From IMG/VR virus record IMGVR_UViG_3300042924_005659: a stretch of 64,000 bases of DNA. One strand, 5' to 3'. Each line of letters starts with the position of its first letter. Within the stretch, counting starts at the first letter, position 1. Origin of the DNA: a virus. Positions 1 to 10,996 of the stretch are shown piece after piece. The notes below the pieces were generated by a model that saw nothing but the letters and a program-made list of their open reading frames with translations, was not told the DNA's origin and did no database searches. The translations under genes and the position numbers were made by a program.

Positions 1-3000
1 TGTGGTTGTGCCTGTTGTGCCGGCAATTCCTCCGCCTAGGTGATATCCAACGCCTATACCAGTAGCTGGCATATAAGTAGTCGCGTTCTGCACGTTCCAT
101 GTAGTGACTGGCGTGCCATTGACTCTCAGGCCTCTATCTGCCAACCCCCCATAATAGCCACACAATACTCCAGGATTAGTGTTCACTGCCGTAGCTGCCG
201 TATCGTATGTAGATCCCATGAAGAGCACTGGTCTGCCTAAGCCAAATCCAATTCCTTGTACCTTGGGATTTCCTGCTCCAGGTAGAGCATACTTTCCTAT
301 AGCTGCGTGTATATCTGCAGCGTTTGCAGGCTTTTGATACACCAGGAAATAGGTAAATGAGGATTCGGCCACTGAGGCAGGGGCATATAGCTTGTCCGCA
401 GTACTGTTATCGAACTGTGCGCCTCGGAAGGACGTATTGAATGTAGCGACATTGGGTTGCGCTGCAGGAACGCCTTCAGCTAAGGTAATCGATTCAGTCG
501 TAATGCTATTAGACCAACTGGAAATAGCTTGACCTACCGTAGAGGACAAGCTTTCGTATTTAAACCAAGCTCTGACTCCTAGATTTGCAGGAGTTACAGG
601 CCCAGGATTAGCAACTCTTCCGCCAGTCCTTGCTGAACGAAGATCTGACCCTACATACTCGAGTTTAGCGCTTCCTCCGTAAGTGTTACGAATGAAGCTA
701 GGAGAAATAAAGTCATTTGACGAGCTCAGCGTAATTGCCGAAGCATTGTCTGACGCCGACGTAACACGTACAGATCCATAGGAATTCAGAATAGTCGATT
801 CAAAGCCCGTGCCATTCTTGGCTGCAATTACAAAGTCCGCCGGCTGGCTTAGATCCGAGCCCATATTGGATCCGTCGCGGAATACTCTTTGAATGCCGAT
901 CTTGGAGTCCAGATTCAAGGCAAACAACGAAGCAGAGTTTACTGTGCAGGATACTCCGCGAGGAACAATGCTTAGAACGTACTGAGAGTCTAGGAATGTT
1001 GCAGCACCTGGCCAAGTATCGAGGGCTAGGAACGTTTCAGCAAAGTGAACAGGATCGTTGATTGAATACAACGAGGACTGCCCTACTGCAGAGAATCGGC
1101 GGATCGTCGTCTTCTGGCCGTCGAAGTATCTGTCGAGGTATACGTCTACAGACCAAGAATCTGTAACTCCTGGAATTCCAGAAATATAAGACAAAGCAAT
1201 ATTGGAATAGTCGAACTGCTGCAGTCTTGGTAAGACGTCCTGCAAAGACTCATCTGGCAAAGAGAAATACTGTTTTTGCGCAGTATTGACTTTGTAGAAC
1301 TCTGGGTTAAGAGACGTAGACACGTCATCGTAGCCCCACTGTACTAAGTCTCCAGTGCTCTTCAGTGCATATATCTGCCCTCTGTAGGTATCTAGCTGAG
1401 AGACAACGTCGCCAAATATAAGACCCGACGAGGCCACGTTACGAATTGCAAGAGCCTCTGCCGGAGGAGAGTATAGAAGCGCGTTACAGCTAGCAGGCAC
1501 TAGGTCTCCGCCAAATACGATAACTTCGTCATCTGTACTTACGATTACGCTATAGCCTGCCCCATATGGGAATCTGGTGCTTCTTTGGAAGTGGTATTGG
1601 TATCGCCCCGCAGCCACCAGCTTAGCCTTCCTGCTACCGCCTCTACGGAATGCAGTAGGTACGTTAGTGGCATTTGATATTGTGCCTTGCCGCACGCCAA
1701 ATCCTAGTAAGGCCTGTACAGCCTCTACTACAGGCTCTCTATTTGGATAAATTTCTGATATAGGGGCGTTTATAGCATAAGGGTGATCTAATGGCAGTAT
1801 GGCTGGGCACAAAGCTCCAGCCCGGTGAATAATGTATCCCTCTAGCCTATCGCTATAGTTAGTTCTGTAGCTAGGATCATCGGGAGTCTTCTCGCTCAAC
1901 GAGTTATCTACAAACGCAACTACTCTTTGATCTGTACTTCCCGTACCTCCAACGTAACTGGTAATTTCGAATCCAGTCGACGTCATTGCATACGCGGTGA
2001 ACTCGCCGCCTGCGACAGCCGGGCAATTGAATCCCTTATTTTCTCCAGAGTAGGAGAAGCCTGGTACATTGCATTGGCCCTTGCTGTTATCTCCGAAGGC
2101 TAAAATATCTCCGGCATTGACTGCAAAAGTACCGCCTGGCACAAATTGAGAGTAGCTTGAAGAGGCTCTGCCGACTATGTGTGCTTTACCTGCACTTACA
2201 GTTGAGAATTGAATATCGAAATAAGGAGCCGGAATAGTCGATATAGAGCCCCAGGCAAGCAGCTTGTTAGTGGATGCGTTTATGGCTACGGTGAAGGTAT
2301 CTCCGCAAGCAACCATAGAGTACGTGCCTGCGGGACTGACAGCCTGTCCTTGCGTGTTGCTACCCCAGCACGCCACTGTCCCATCTGCTCTTAATGCTGC
2401 AGCGTGGCGATTTCTGGAACTTACCGATGTAAAAGTGCTGCCAGTTGGGACAGTCAAAGCACCGTCTGAACCGGCACTACCCCAAGCAACCAGAGTTCCT
2501 TGTGTAGCGTTGTACGTGGCTGCCTTGATTGCGTAGTAAGAATTGCTGCCTGCGGCAACGGCAATTGCGTGCTCAAGCCCGGTTAGCTGGGAGCTGGAGT
2601 AGTATCTACTCGTGGTCTTAGCTCTTATAGATGCAGGAATTGCGTTATATGCTGCAGTGAACTCTGCTTGAGTTGGCGCAGCAACAACAACATGTTTGTA
2701 TGGGCCTACTTGAGTAATGGTAGTAGGGTTAAAAGATACAGTGCGTCTAGTGTTTGCATCTGGTACCGCTGTGTAGTACGGCGCACCAGTATCTCCCCAA
2801 GAAACCATGGTTCCACCTGTACCCGTCGTACGAACAGCGACAGCGTAGTACGAGGACCAACCAGTGCCTAGCTTGATATAGGATCCTGCTGGAGTGCTAG
2901 TGACTAGAGTTCCATACCAGTCCGCTCCCCACGAAGCTAAAGTATTATCGGACTTAATTGCTACAGTGTGATAGTAGCCTGCGGCGATATCCAAACATCC

Positions 3001-6000
3001 AGTGCCCAATCCGACAGGATTCGTGGTCTGCCCATGGCCATTATCGCCCCAGCAAACTACTGCACCATTAGACTTGAGAGCAACAGTGTGATAGGCGCCA
3101 GCAACTATCTTTACAACGTTAGATTGAGCGTTGACCGGTACGTTCAACTGACCTGAGCCATTGTCACCCCAGCAGACAACTTTACCATTAGTTGTAAGGG
3201 CAGCAAAGTGTCTCTTACCGCCAACTACTTTAGTACATACTCCTAAATCTGAGGGGGGTGTCAATAAGCCATCGTAGTCTGCTCCCCAGCAGACTACCGT
3301 ACCATCTGTTTGCTTTATACCTGCAGCAGTGTATTCAGCTATGGCTACATCGGTGAAGTCAAAATTGGGAACACTTCGTATCGGGGCAGGTAGATTACCT
3401 CCATTAAATCCAACTACAGTAGCGCGAGAGTCGGACTTAAGAACAATAGATCCCTCTATAGCGCTAACTACTTTTTGACAGGTAATAGATATATCTGCCG
3501 CATCTGCTCTTTGAGAGTTGTAGTTCTGGCCCCAGCTAAAAATAGTGTTATTGGACTTAACTGCATAGGCGCACTTCTGGCCCAGAGCAACTGAACTCGG
3601 AGAGGTAACCACCGCTCCAGGCTCATAGCTTTGCGGAAGCAGTCGACGGCTAGCTACGTCATATGTTATGTATCTAGACAATTCGTCAGCTACGCTGACA
3701 ACTGGATATGCAGGATATATCAAAACGTTAGAAGTAGGGTCTTCCGCTTTGAACTGAAACTGCTCAGAAGTATAGCTGTTTCCAAGACTTCTAAATCCAT
3801 AAACCTCAGTAGGAAGATGCGCAAGATCGCTGACCCACTCTGGCTCATTTGGAAATACTACTTTTGGCCAACGACCGCCTGGATTTGGAGTTTCGTCCGA
3901 GTAATCTAATGCCTCAGTAGGAATGGCATACTCGTCGCCTATGTATATCTTAAAGTTTGGATTTGCATCGCCGTCATATCGCAGAGTGGTAGCTGTAGCC
4001 CCAGAATAGACTCCCGCAGCCGGAACAGATCCGGATATCTGGCTGTAGGTTCTAGATACCAAAGATATAAAGTAGTTCTTTGGACCGGCAAAATCCAAAG
4101 CAGGAAATGCCTCGCCTTGAACGCCGTCTTGATATCCAAGATTTCCACCCGACGGATAAAAATCAGGGCCTGTTGGAGTGGTCATAATAGACCCGCACTG
4201 TCTGTCTCTAGGCTCCGCTTCGTTGTTATACAGCCCAAGGAAGAACGAGTCTCCTGCAATCATCTTAGTTGGAGCTGTAGCAGGCTTACGTTCAGTCAGT
4301 ACAGTGCTGTTATTAGCCGGATCTACTGTGGTCTCATCGCCAAAGCAGTTCATGAACCTACGATAAGAAATTGCAAATACGTCAGGAGACTCGTATTGAT
4401 CTCCTGGCCATTTAATATAAGTACCATTGATCTTTGCCCGGATTCTCATGGGCAACATTCCAGTGCCGCGAGACGCAGGGAAAGACAAGTAGATCAAACT
4501 AGGATTAGGATCAAAGGCCTCTGAATATATCTTAGGAGCTCCTGGTCTCTCCGATATGTACAGCTTAGACTGCCCAGGAATTTGTTCAAGGCCTATGACA
4601 AAACCTTGGTTTCCCGCAGGTCCAGCCTTCTGAGATATCAATACGATGTCGGAATCGTTAAATCCAGCCTTGTCGAAGAAAAGCACTCCGTCGGTGGCAT
4701 AGGCTCCAAGACAGTCTGTATTGTTATAGGAATCTTGCCAAGTGGTGGGAACGTTCGGATACTGGAACATCGTTCCACCGACTAAGTCCATCGAGCTAGT
4801 AGATCCAACAGGTGCGGCGGCAGGCGCTCTATTGCAATTAAAGGTAGCGCACAATGCTGCGCTGGCAGGATCCGTGCCTGGGAGATTACTAAAGTATCCT
4901 GTTAAGTCTGCGGGGCTATCAAGTCCGCAGCCGCTAGCGCGGAAACTAAACGGATCCCAGGTAATTCCCTTTATCTTTGGAGGGTTGATGGCATTGTTCA
5001 AGCCACGTGCGTGAACATACCCATCTTCGTCAATAGCTAAAGTATGGAATTGGCCACATACTACTTTGGAGAAACCGTAAGTAAGAGCGGGAGTCTCCGT
5101 ATGTCCAATTTGCGTCTGGCCAAAATTCATCAGCCAGTTGGTGCTGAAGTTTGTGGCATAGTTGTTCATCTCAGAGGGCGTGATTGAGAATGGCCCAGTA
5201 AGACGAAGCTCCAACTGACCAACCTTATTATCTCCATAGCTGGATAATGTGACGGGGTTCTTTCCGCCAATATTCATTCTGCTGCGACTAGTAAGGACAG
5301 CAGATCTAAAGCCAGCAAAGTACTGCAGAGGCGAAATGGCAAAGGCGGATCTGTACCCCTTTACACCGCCGGTAATTTGCTGACTAGAATTCGATATGCT
5401 TAGACCCCGCACTGAGGCACTCCAGGTCGTTATTCCAAGAACCTCCTGCGTAGATATATAAGAAGTTAGGTGTTTGCCTGGATACGCCTGATATGTCGCG
5501 GCTCCGTAGCTAAGCTGCTGCTTAACTACACGAGTTTTCTTTATCGTTATGCCTAAAGCTGCCAACCAGCTTGAATCTATAAGAATTCCGCCAGAGGAGT
5601 AGGTTATATCAAAGGGCAAAGATATGCTTAGATTTCCAGTCCCAGAATCTATTCCCGCCCAAGCACCGGTCATCACCAAAGTTCTAGAGGATCCACCTAC
5701 AGTTCCAGTAAAGATTAAGTGGTATCCAGTGTCAGAATTGGGAGTTCCTGCAGGTAAAGATCCAGAACCGTTTGCAACAATGGAATAGCCTGCTGGAAGT
5801 GCGTAAGTGAATGCTTCTACGTATACAGCGCGGTTGTTAAACCCCTGCATTTGGGAATCGAGATTTGCAGGATTCGTAGTGCCATCACCAGATTCTGGGC
5901 TTGCATATGTTCTGATAGACGCTGCCCCGACAGGAGTAGGTCTATTAAAATAGCGAGGAGTCCCAGATACGCTTAAAAATACCGTATTGGAGCCGAGATA

Positions 6001-9000
6001 GTATACGTAAGATCCCGCGCTTGTAGTTATGCTCAAAGCGTTTTGAGGCTCTACAATCTGAAGCACTCTCGGGCCTATGTATATATCGTTTTGTAGCGAA
6101 GCTTCTCCTGCTCTAGTCAAGTAAGAGCTACCAAGTGGATTCGTTCCAGCTTCAATTAAGTCTATCCCTAATTGTTTGCCGTAGCCTACGTAGCTATAAA
6201 TGCTATTAAGGTTGAAGGCAGAGCTGTCCTTTACAGGAGTAGGATTAATATCAGGGCCTACGCTTGCCGACAAATTTTCGGTGCCAGGATAGTATTGCGT
6301 ATACGAGTTAGAATCTAGAGACTCCGCCCAAGCTATTGGATTTCCCCACCCTACAAACAATCTATTGAGGCCTACCGAAATAGCATCTGCCGTTGCGTAG
6401 TCTACTCCGAGATACTCTCCAGTCGTAGTTGCAGTAGCGTAAGATATAAATCCTGTGACTTCGTCTACAACAGCCCTCCAAGCAGGCGTACCAGAGAGCG
6501 CATCCCAGCCTATATAGAATTGCCTAGATATATTGTAAAATGGAGACGAAGTTAAAACTTGATACGGATCATAAGTATCTTTATTAAACTCTACCGTAGT
6601 CCAATTTGTAGGACTTGTAGGGCTCGACTCTACTGTGACAGTAGCTGCAGAAACGTTCCAAACTATCCTATATTTGGTACCAGAGACGGTTACTGAAGCA
6701 GATGCGTATACTCCACTACCTGCAGCGGTCTCGTTAAGAACATAGGTCTCTCCGGTTGAGCTCCTAGCGAAATAGACATTAGGAACAGGTGGATCTGAAT
6801 CCTCGATGGCCAGATAGCGCAAGCAAGGGAATATCGTAGTTCCACCGCTGTGCTTAAACGGTAATTTAATAGCGTATCTGTTAGTCAGCCTATTTAACTC
6901 TGCATGCTGGAACCATCTGGAAGGAACGTCGTCTTTGCGAATTCCTATTGCGTGATCCCAACCGCACTTTACACCCCAGAAGCGCATTCTGTACTTGTGG
7001 ACAGACGGATTGTAAGACGCTCCTTCGCAGACAGGAGGTGTGCATTGGCCCTGGGTGTTGTCCCCCCAGCAGGCGACAGTGTCCTCTATTTCGTCATCAA
7101 CGACGGAGCCGACCGTTCCCGATACGTCTGTAGCAAAGCCGTTACGCACAGCTATGGAGAAGTTGCCTCCCGCAGCTATGCTCTTTGCCTGCAGTCCAGC
7201 TGGAACAGTAGCTTGCCCCAGGTGGTTTCTACCCCAGCAAACGATGGTGCCATCGTTCTTTATGGCTATGGTGTGATCGTCACCTGCGTCTATGCCAATA
7301 ACTCCGGACAAGCCAACAGGGACGGTGCATTGGCCGTACGTATTGTTGCCCCAACACACCACGGTATTGTCGCTCTTTAGCAGCACTGCATGGTTTTTTC
7401 CGCATGCTAGTATCTTTCCTGCATAAACGGTTTGTCCTGCAAGACCTTCAGTCCAAACTACGGTTGGAGTGGCTGCAGTTACTCCGACGGGCACGCTGGC
7501 AATAGACGGAGAGTTGCCGTATTGCTCGATTACCTTGATGGGCGTGCTAGGAGATGCCGAGTTGTAGCGATCAACTATAGCCACGGAGAAGTTCTCTCCT
7601 ATAGCCATATGCGATATGGGAGAAGTTGCCCCTGCCTGCCATACCGTAGATTGAGTGCAACCCCAGCTATGAAGCTGACCGTTGTCAAGGATTACGGCTA
7701 TGTGACCAGAGTTAAAATCAAATTCCTTGACGTTACTGATATAGCCTTGAGTCAGGAACGAAGCGTCTACAGCAGCAGGTACGTCGAGCTGACCATAGGT
7801 ATTGTAGCCCCACAGGAATAGCTTTCTGGAACTTGCTCCGCTGGATAGCAGGGCAATGATGCTTTCTCCTACCTTGACCTGAGAGAACAGTCCGCCGTTA
7901 GTAATAAACTCCCTTACAGCTATAGGAAGTATTGGATTGGGATCGGTGCTGACCTCGAGACCGTTGTAGGCAGTAAGGACGCGACGGCAGCCTAGCGATC
8001 CATCTGACTTTATGAACAAATGCAGAGAGTTGGGATCAAAGGAAGAAACTTTGGAGGCCGGAATTGAGGCGGAGTCGTAGACCTCCAGGGCCGTATTAGG
8101 GGCTGCTTCGACATTGACCTTAAGTGCCGTATCAAATACGGTCGAAGGCCGAGATATGGCTACGGAGAATTCTCCAAGCAACAGGTTTCTGTCGTTGGCA
8201 AAAGACAAAAGGTTTTGATTGGATTCTCCCTGGTCTCCGCTGATGTCGACTACGGGCCGAGTAACTGCCAAGACCGCACGGGTAGTCAGACTTGGAGCGC
8301 TGTTGGGAGCTGTGTAAAAATCCTTCAACACACGGACTGTGTGAGTGTCGGCATAAGCTCCGCCGAGCAGGCACTGCTCGACAAACCATCTATAGGAAGA
8401 ATCTATGACTACTCTGGAGGGATTATTTACCGATATTCCCAGTACGGGAACGTCTACGTACACAAATGACTGCAGGCCGGAATCTGTGTAAGGGGCGATC
8501 AGAAGCCGCAATACGCAATCGGCATCTGGACTGTAGATGGAGCTGGAATCCAATGGGAAGCCATTAGCCACAAGCTCTACGGTGAACTCCAGAGGATTTG
8601 AGCTAGGCGGGCCACCAAGGAAGGACGCCGCCCCTACGATGGAAGTTCCTGGCACCGTAGACGGACGATAACGAGAGTACGAGTATCTCGCTCCTTGCTT
8701 TATCGGCAGGAACGAGATCATCGAATCTGATCCGTGAATGTTGGCCGACGACGAAGTAGTTCCGTCCTGAGCCAGAACCGCTGCGTTTATCTGGAAGCTT
8801 TGACCGCCTTGAGAGTACAGCCCATATTCGCTAGGGCTCAGCAGTCTAAAGGCCGAGGAGCTATAGATTGGGGATAAGCCTTCGCTATAGTTTCCAACCG
8901 TGGTTTCCACTCTTGCCTTAGCCAGCTTTCTGGAATTAGACTGAGGGTAGTAATAGTCAGACACCAGCGAAGATGGCTTGGAGATGCTGGCGCTTTGATT

Positions 9001-10995
9001 GTAGTTATGTCGTAGAAGCGCTGATCCAAAGAATAGAACTGGAGTCGTTGGAGCAGAATACGTTCCAGTTACCTCAGTTTGGGCAGAAGCAAGAGTGGTA
9101 GTTCCTCCGGCTCCCATAGATGCCACTGAAGACACATAGGATCTTGGCAGTGAGGAATAGGTAGCCACTCTGCTGACATTTGGCCCTACAGCCTGATTGC
9201 CAAATATTGCTCTTTGAGTCGAAGAGGTATCAAGTATGGAGGTACGCAACAACACCAGAGTGCTGTTGTAGTCTGGAGGGAAAGAGTACTGAGTAGGTAG
9301 GCCTATCTGCGTAGCCTTCAGGCGAAGTCCTACTGCCGTCGTAGAAGATCCAGTAGGAGTAAGTCTGATCAGCGTACTGCCGAATATCGAATGAGAATAC
9401 GGCACGGGAGAGCCGTCGTCATCGACAGGGCTGGCTGCAGATGTAGCAGTAGGCAGCGGATAACGAACATACTCCTGGACCTGATCTGGATAATCAACAG
9501 CGCCCAGCACTAACAAACTGGTATTCAAGCTGCTGATAGCGGAAGCGCATTGAACTACAGGTGCTGACAGAGAGATAGGCCCAGATATAGTTGCAGTAGT
9601 GCCAAGTTGGGCATTGGCTATAGCTGGCTTGATTGTCGGATAGCCAATAGCAAAAATACCATTAAGTCCAGCAATTCCTGAACTGGCAATAGGAATCAGT
9701 AGAGATTGCGTCTGTCCAAAATAAACAGTTTGCCCAAGCAAAGGCCTAGAGCTGCTTGGTTGATCTGAGATAGCTCGTACTATTGGCACATTGTTAGGAG
9801 CAATAATTCCAAATTTTGCAGTCCCAACACTTGTACTAGAAGCACAAACTATGTTAGATAGGGCAATACCGGTTTTAATAGCGGTAGAATTGGCGTCTAG
9901 TGTTCCGGCAACAATAGCCTTTAAAGCAAAATAACCCTTCAGGCTTGCGGAGGAAACTGTATTAGCCGATGTAACTACGTAGGTCTCAAGTAGTGCTGCC
10001 TTGCCGACAATAAATTTGCCAACAGGTATCTGGGATACGATTGAGTTACAATTAACTACGGTAGATCTAAGAGTAATATTAAGTAGTGATGCTTGCGTAT
10101 TAAAGGCAGCAGTTGCAGAGCCGGCACAGGCCTTCTCAAATACCTGAGAGCTAAAACTTCCTTGGAGATTTTGTACTGCAGAAATAGTAAATGTCGATCC
10201 CGATACAGCTCTAAATATTGTAAGTAAAGAGCCTACCGGTAAAACAGCGCTAGCTGACGTTATATTGGGAGTCTTATCTACTATTACACGCGACTCAAAA
10301 TTAGCCTGAGATATCGCATTTACTAAGGAGCGACAAGTTATGTTAGCTATAAGGCTAGCAAAAAGATTTGCAGCACTTACTGCACCAGCAACCTGTATTG
10401 AAGGAGCTCCTAGTAAATTAAAAGCATTAAGTTCTAGGGCTGTGCCACCAGTAGAGGCAACCGCTGCTGCATCAGTTAGGTCTATTTGAAAGGCTAGCTT
10501 ATTTGTGGGTATTGCAAATACTGTGCTACTACTGTTTAAAACAGTCCCATTCAGCTGCCCTCCTGTAATTAGATTAGCTGAGACATCTAATGCTGCTGTG
10601 GAACTGCCGCTGCTTAGGCCCTTAGTAGCTAGAGTAAAACTACTTGCATTCCTTATAGTCGTATTAGAAATGCAAGAATTTACTAAAGATTTTAAACTAG
10701 TAATAACGTCTAAATTGTATTCAACAAATGGAGTAGGTCTAGTAATTTCAACCTTACTAATGCCTACTACTCCAACTCCTGTCGATTTATTTAAGTATAT
10801 ATTTAGTACAGCAGATTGGACTTGTGCCTTAAAAACATTAGTCTCTGCAGAATAATTGAGTAGAAATGTACCCGTTAGATTCTTGGTGGCAGTTACTGTT
10901 GATACTGCTGCTACATCAATAAGATTAGTGTCTAGCGCTGGTTCACCAAGAGCCGCACTATTTACCGTGAGAGTAGCTAGATTACAAATAGGCAT
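1..10995 (-). CDS. Giant RCC1/ATS1-type beta-propeller repeat protein (>3665 aa, C-terminus beyond the left edge of the window); probable virion/tail-associated adhesin
   Basis: Manual reading of + frame-1 triplets from 10995 to 1 found no tta/cta/tca, so the - strand frame is open from the ATG at 10995 (MPICNLATLTVNSAALGEP...), which sits 1 nt after the stop of the upstream ORF. RCC1 repeats occur at about 7860-7020 (ACGKNHAVLLKSDNTVVCWGNNTYGQCTVP...IDAGDDHTIAIKNDGTIVCWGRNHLGQATVP), 3600-2000 and 1500-1300. Confidence 0.88.
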   Translation of the reverse strand, partial: MPICNLATLTVNSAALGEPALDTNLIDVAAVSTVTATKNLTGTFLLNYSAETNVFKAQVQSAVLNIYLNKSTGVGVVGISKVEITRPTPFVEYNLDVITSLKSLVNSCISNTTIRNASSFTLATKGLSSGSSTAALDVSANLITGGQLNGTVLNSSSTVFAIPTNKLAFQIDLTDAAAVASTGGTALELNAFNLLGAPSIQVAGAVSAANLFASLIANITCRSLVNAISQANFESRVIVDKTPNITSASAVLPVGSLLTIFRAVSGSTFTISAVQNLQGSFSSQVFEKACAGSATAAFNTQASLLNITLRSTVVNCNSIVSQIPVGKFIVGKAALLETYVVTSANTVSSASLKGYFALKAIVAGTLDANSTAIKTGIALSNIVCASSTSVGTAKFGIIAPNNVPIVRAISDQPSSSRPLLGQTVYFGQTQSLLIPIASSGIAGLNGIFAIGYPTIKPAIANAQLGTTATISGPISLSAPVVQCASAISSLNTSLLVLGAVDYPDQVQEYVRYPLPTATSAASPVDDDGSPVPYSHSIFGSTLIRLTPTGSSTTAVGLRLKATQIGLPTQYSFPPDYNSTLVLLRTSILDTSSTQRAIFGNQAVGPNVSRVATYSSLPRSYVSSVASMGAGGTTTLASAQTEVTGTYSAPTTPVLFFGSALLRHNYNQSASISKPSSLVSDYYYPQSNSRKLAKARVETTVGNYSEGLSPIYSSSAFRLLSPSEYGLYSQGGQSFQINAAVLAQDGTTSSSANIHGSDSMISFLPIKQGARYSYSRYRPSTVPGTSIVGAASFLGGPPSSNPLEFTVELVANGFPLDSSSIYSPDADCVLRLLIAPYTDSGLQSFVYVDVPVLGISVNNPSRVVIDSSYRWFVEQCLLGGAYADTHTVRVLKDFYTAPNSAPSLTTRAVLAVTRPVVDISGDQGESNQNLLSFANDRNLLLGEFSVAISRPSTVFDTALKVNVEAAPNTALEVYDSASIPASKVSSFDPNSLHLFIKSDGSLGCRRVLTAYNGLEVSTDPNPILPIAVREFITNGGLFSQVKVGESIIALLSSGASSRKLFLWGYNTYGQLDVPAAVDASFLTQGYISNVKEFDFNSGHIAVILDNGQLHSWGCTQSTVWQAGATSPISHMAIGENFSVAIVDRYNSASPSTPIKVIEQYGNSPSIASVPVGVTAATPTVVWTEGLAGQTVYAGKILACGKNHAVLLKSDNTVVCWGNNTYGQCTVPVGLSGVIGIDAGDDHTIAIKNDGTIVCWGRNHLGQATVPAGLQAKSIAAGGNFSIAVRNGFATDVSGTVGSVVDDEIEDTVACWGDNTQGQCTPPVCEGASYNPSVHKYRMRFWGVKCGWDHAIGIRKDDVPSRWFQHAELNRLTNRYAIKLPFKHSGGTTIFPCLRYLAIEDSDPPVPNVYFARSSTGETYVLNETAAGSGVYASASVTVSGTKYRIVWNVSAATVTVESSPTSPTNWTTVEFNKDTYDPYQVLTSSPFYNISRQFYIGWDALSGTPAWRAVVDEVTGFISYATATTTGEYLGVDYATADAISVGLNRLFVGWGNPIAWAESLDSNSYTQYYPGTENLSASVGPDINPTPVKDSSAFNLNSIYSYVGYGKQLGIDLIEAGTNPLGSSYLTRAGEASLQNDIYIGPRVLQIVEPQNALSITTSAGSYVYYLGSNTVFLSVSGTPRYFNRPTPVGAASIRTYASPESGDGTTNPANLDSQMQGFNNRAVYVEAFTYALPAGYSIVANGSGSLPAGTPNSDTGYHLIFTGTVGGSSRTLVMTGAWAGIDSGTGNLSISLPFDITYSSGGILIDSSWLAALGITIKKTRVVKQQLSYGAATYQAYPGKHLTSYISTQEVLGITTWSASVRGLSISNSSQQITGGVKGYRSAFAISPLQYFAGFRSAVLTSRSRMNIGGKNPVTLSSYGDNKVGQLELRLTGPFSITPSEMNNYATNFSTNWLMNFGQTQIGHTETPALTYGFSKVVCGQFHTLAIDEDGYVHARGLNNAINPPKIKGITWDPFSFRASGCGLDSPADLTGYFSNLPGTDPASAALCATFNCNRAPAAAPVGSTSSMDLVGGTMFQYPNVPTTWQDSYNNTDCLGAYATDGVLFFDKAGFNDSDIVLISQKAGPAGNQGFVIGLEQIPGQSKLYISERPGAPKIYSEAFDPNPSLIYLSFPASRGTGMLPMRIRAKINGTYIKWPGDQYESPDVFAISYRRFMNCFGDETTVDPANNSTVLTERKPATAPTKMIAGDSFFLGLYNNEAEPRDRQCGSIMTTPTGPDFYPSGGNLGYQDGVQGEAFPALDFAGPKNYFISLVSRTYSQISGSVPAAGVYSGATATTLRYDGDANPNFKIYIGDEYAIPTEALDYSDETPNPGGRWPKVVFPNEPEWVSDLAHLPTEVYGFRSLGNSYTSEQFQFKAEDPTSNVLIYPAYPVVSVADELSRYITYDVASRRLLPQSYEPGAVVTSPSSVALGQKCAYAVKSNNTIFSWGQNYNSQRADAADISITCQKVVSAIEGSIVLKSDSRATVVGFNGGNLPAPIRSVPNFDFTDVAIAEYTAAGIKQTDGTVVCWGADYDGLLTPPSDLGVCTKVVGGKRHFAALTTNGKVVCWGDNGSGQLNVPVNAQSNVVKIVAGAYHTVALKSNGAVVCWGDNGHGQTTNPVGLGTGCLDIAAGYYHTVAIKSDNTLASWGADWYGTLVTSTPAGSYIKLGTGWSSYYAVAVRTTGTGGTMVSWGDTGAPYYTAVPDANTRRTVSFNPTTITQVGPYKHVVVAAPTQAEFTAAYNAIPASIRAKTTSRYYSSSQLTGLEHAIAVAAGSNSYYAIKAATYNATQGTLVAWGSAGSDGALTVPTGSTFTSVSSRNRHAAALRADGTVACWGSNTQGQAVSPAGTYSMVACGDTFTVAINASTNKLLAWGSISTIPAPYFDIQFSTVSAGKAHIVGRASSSYSQFVPGGTFAVNAGDILAFGDNSKGQCNVPGFSYSGENKGFNCPAVAGGEFTAYAMTSTGFEITSYVGGTGSTDQRVVAFVDNSLSEKTPDDPSYRTNYSDRLEGYIIHRAGALCPAILPLDHPYAINAPISEIYPNREPVVEAVQALLGFGVRQGTISNATNVPTAFRRGGSRKAKLVAAGRYQYHFQRSTRFPYGAGYSVIVSTDDEVIVFGGDLVPASCNALLYSPPAEALAIRNVASSGLIFGDVVSQLDTYRGQIYALKSTGDLVQWGYDDVSTSLNPEFYKVNTAQKQYFSLPDESLQDVLPRLQQFDYSNIALSYISGIPGVTDSWSVDVYLDRYFDGQKTTIRRFSAVGQSSLYSINDPVHFAETFLALDTWPGAATFLDSQYVLSIVPRGVSCTVNSASLFALNLDSKIGIQRVFRDGSNMGSDLSQPADFVIAAKNGTGFESTILNSYGSVRVTSASDNASAITLSSSNDFISPSFIRNTYGGSAKLEYVGSDLRSARTGGRVANPGPVTPANLGVRAWFKYESLSSTVGQAISSWSNSITTESITLAEGVPAAQPNVATFNTSFRGAQFDNSTADKLYAPASVAESSFTYFLVYQKPANAADIHAAIGKYALPGAGNPKVQGIGFGLGRPVLFMGSTYDTAATAVNTNPGVLCGYYGGLADRGLRVNGTPVTTWNVQNATTYMPATGIGVGYHLGGGIAGTTGTTT

Positions 10996-10996
10996 T

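Noticed and set aside
1-10995. Possible stop-codon reassignment or degraded/non-coding DNA, suggested by the lack of long ORFs in the track
   Set aside because: The - strand frame is fully open in the standard code; the ORF was omitted only because its stop lies outside the window. Other genes end in TAA/TAG/TGA normally.
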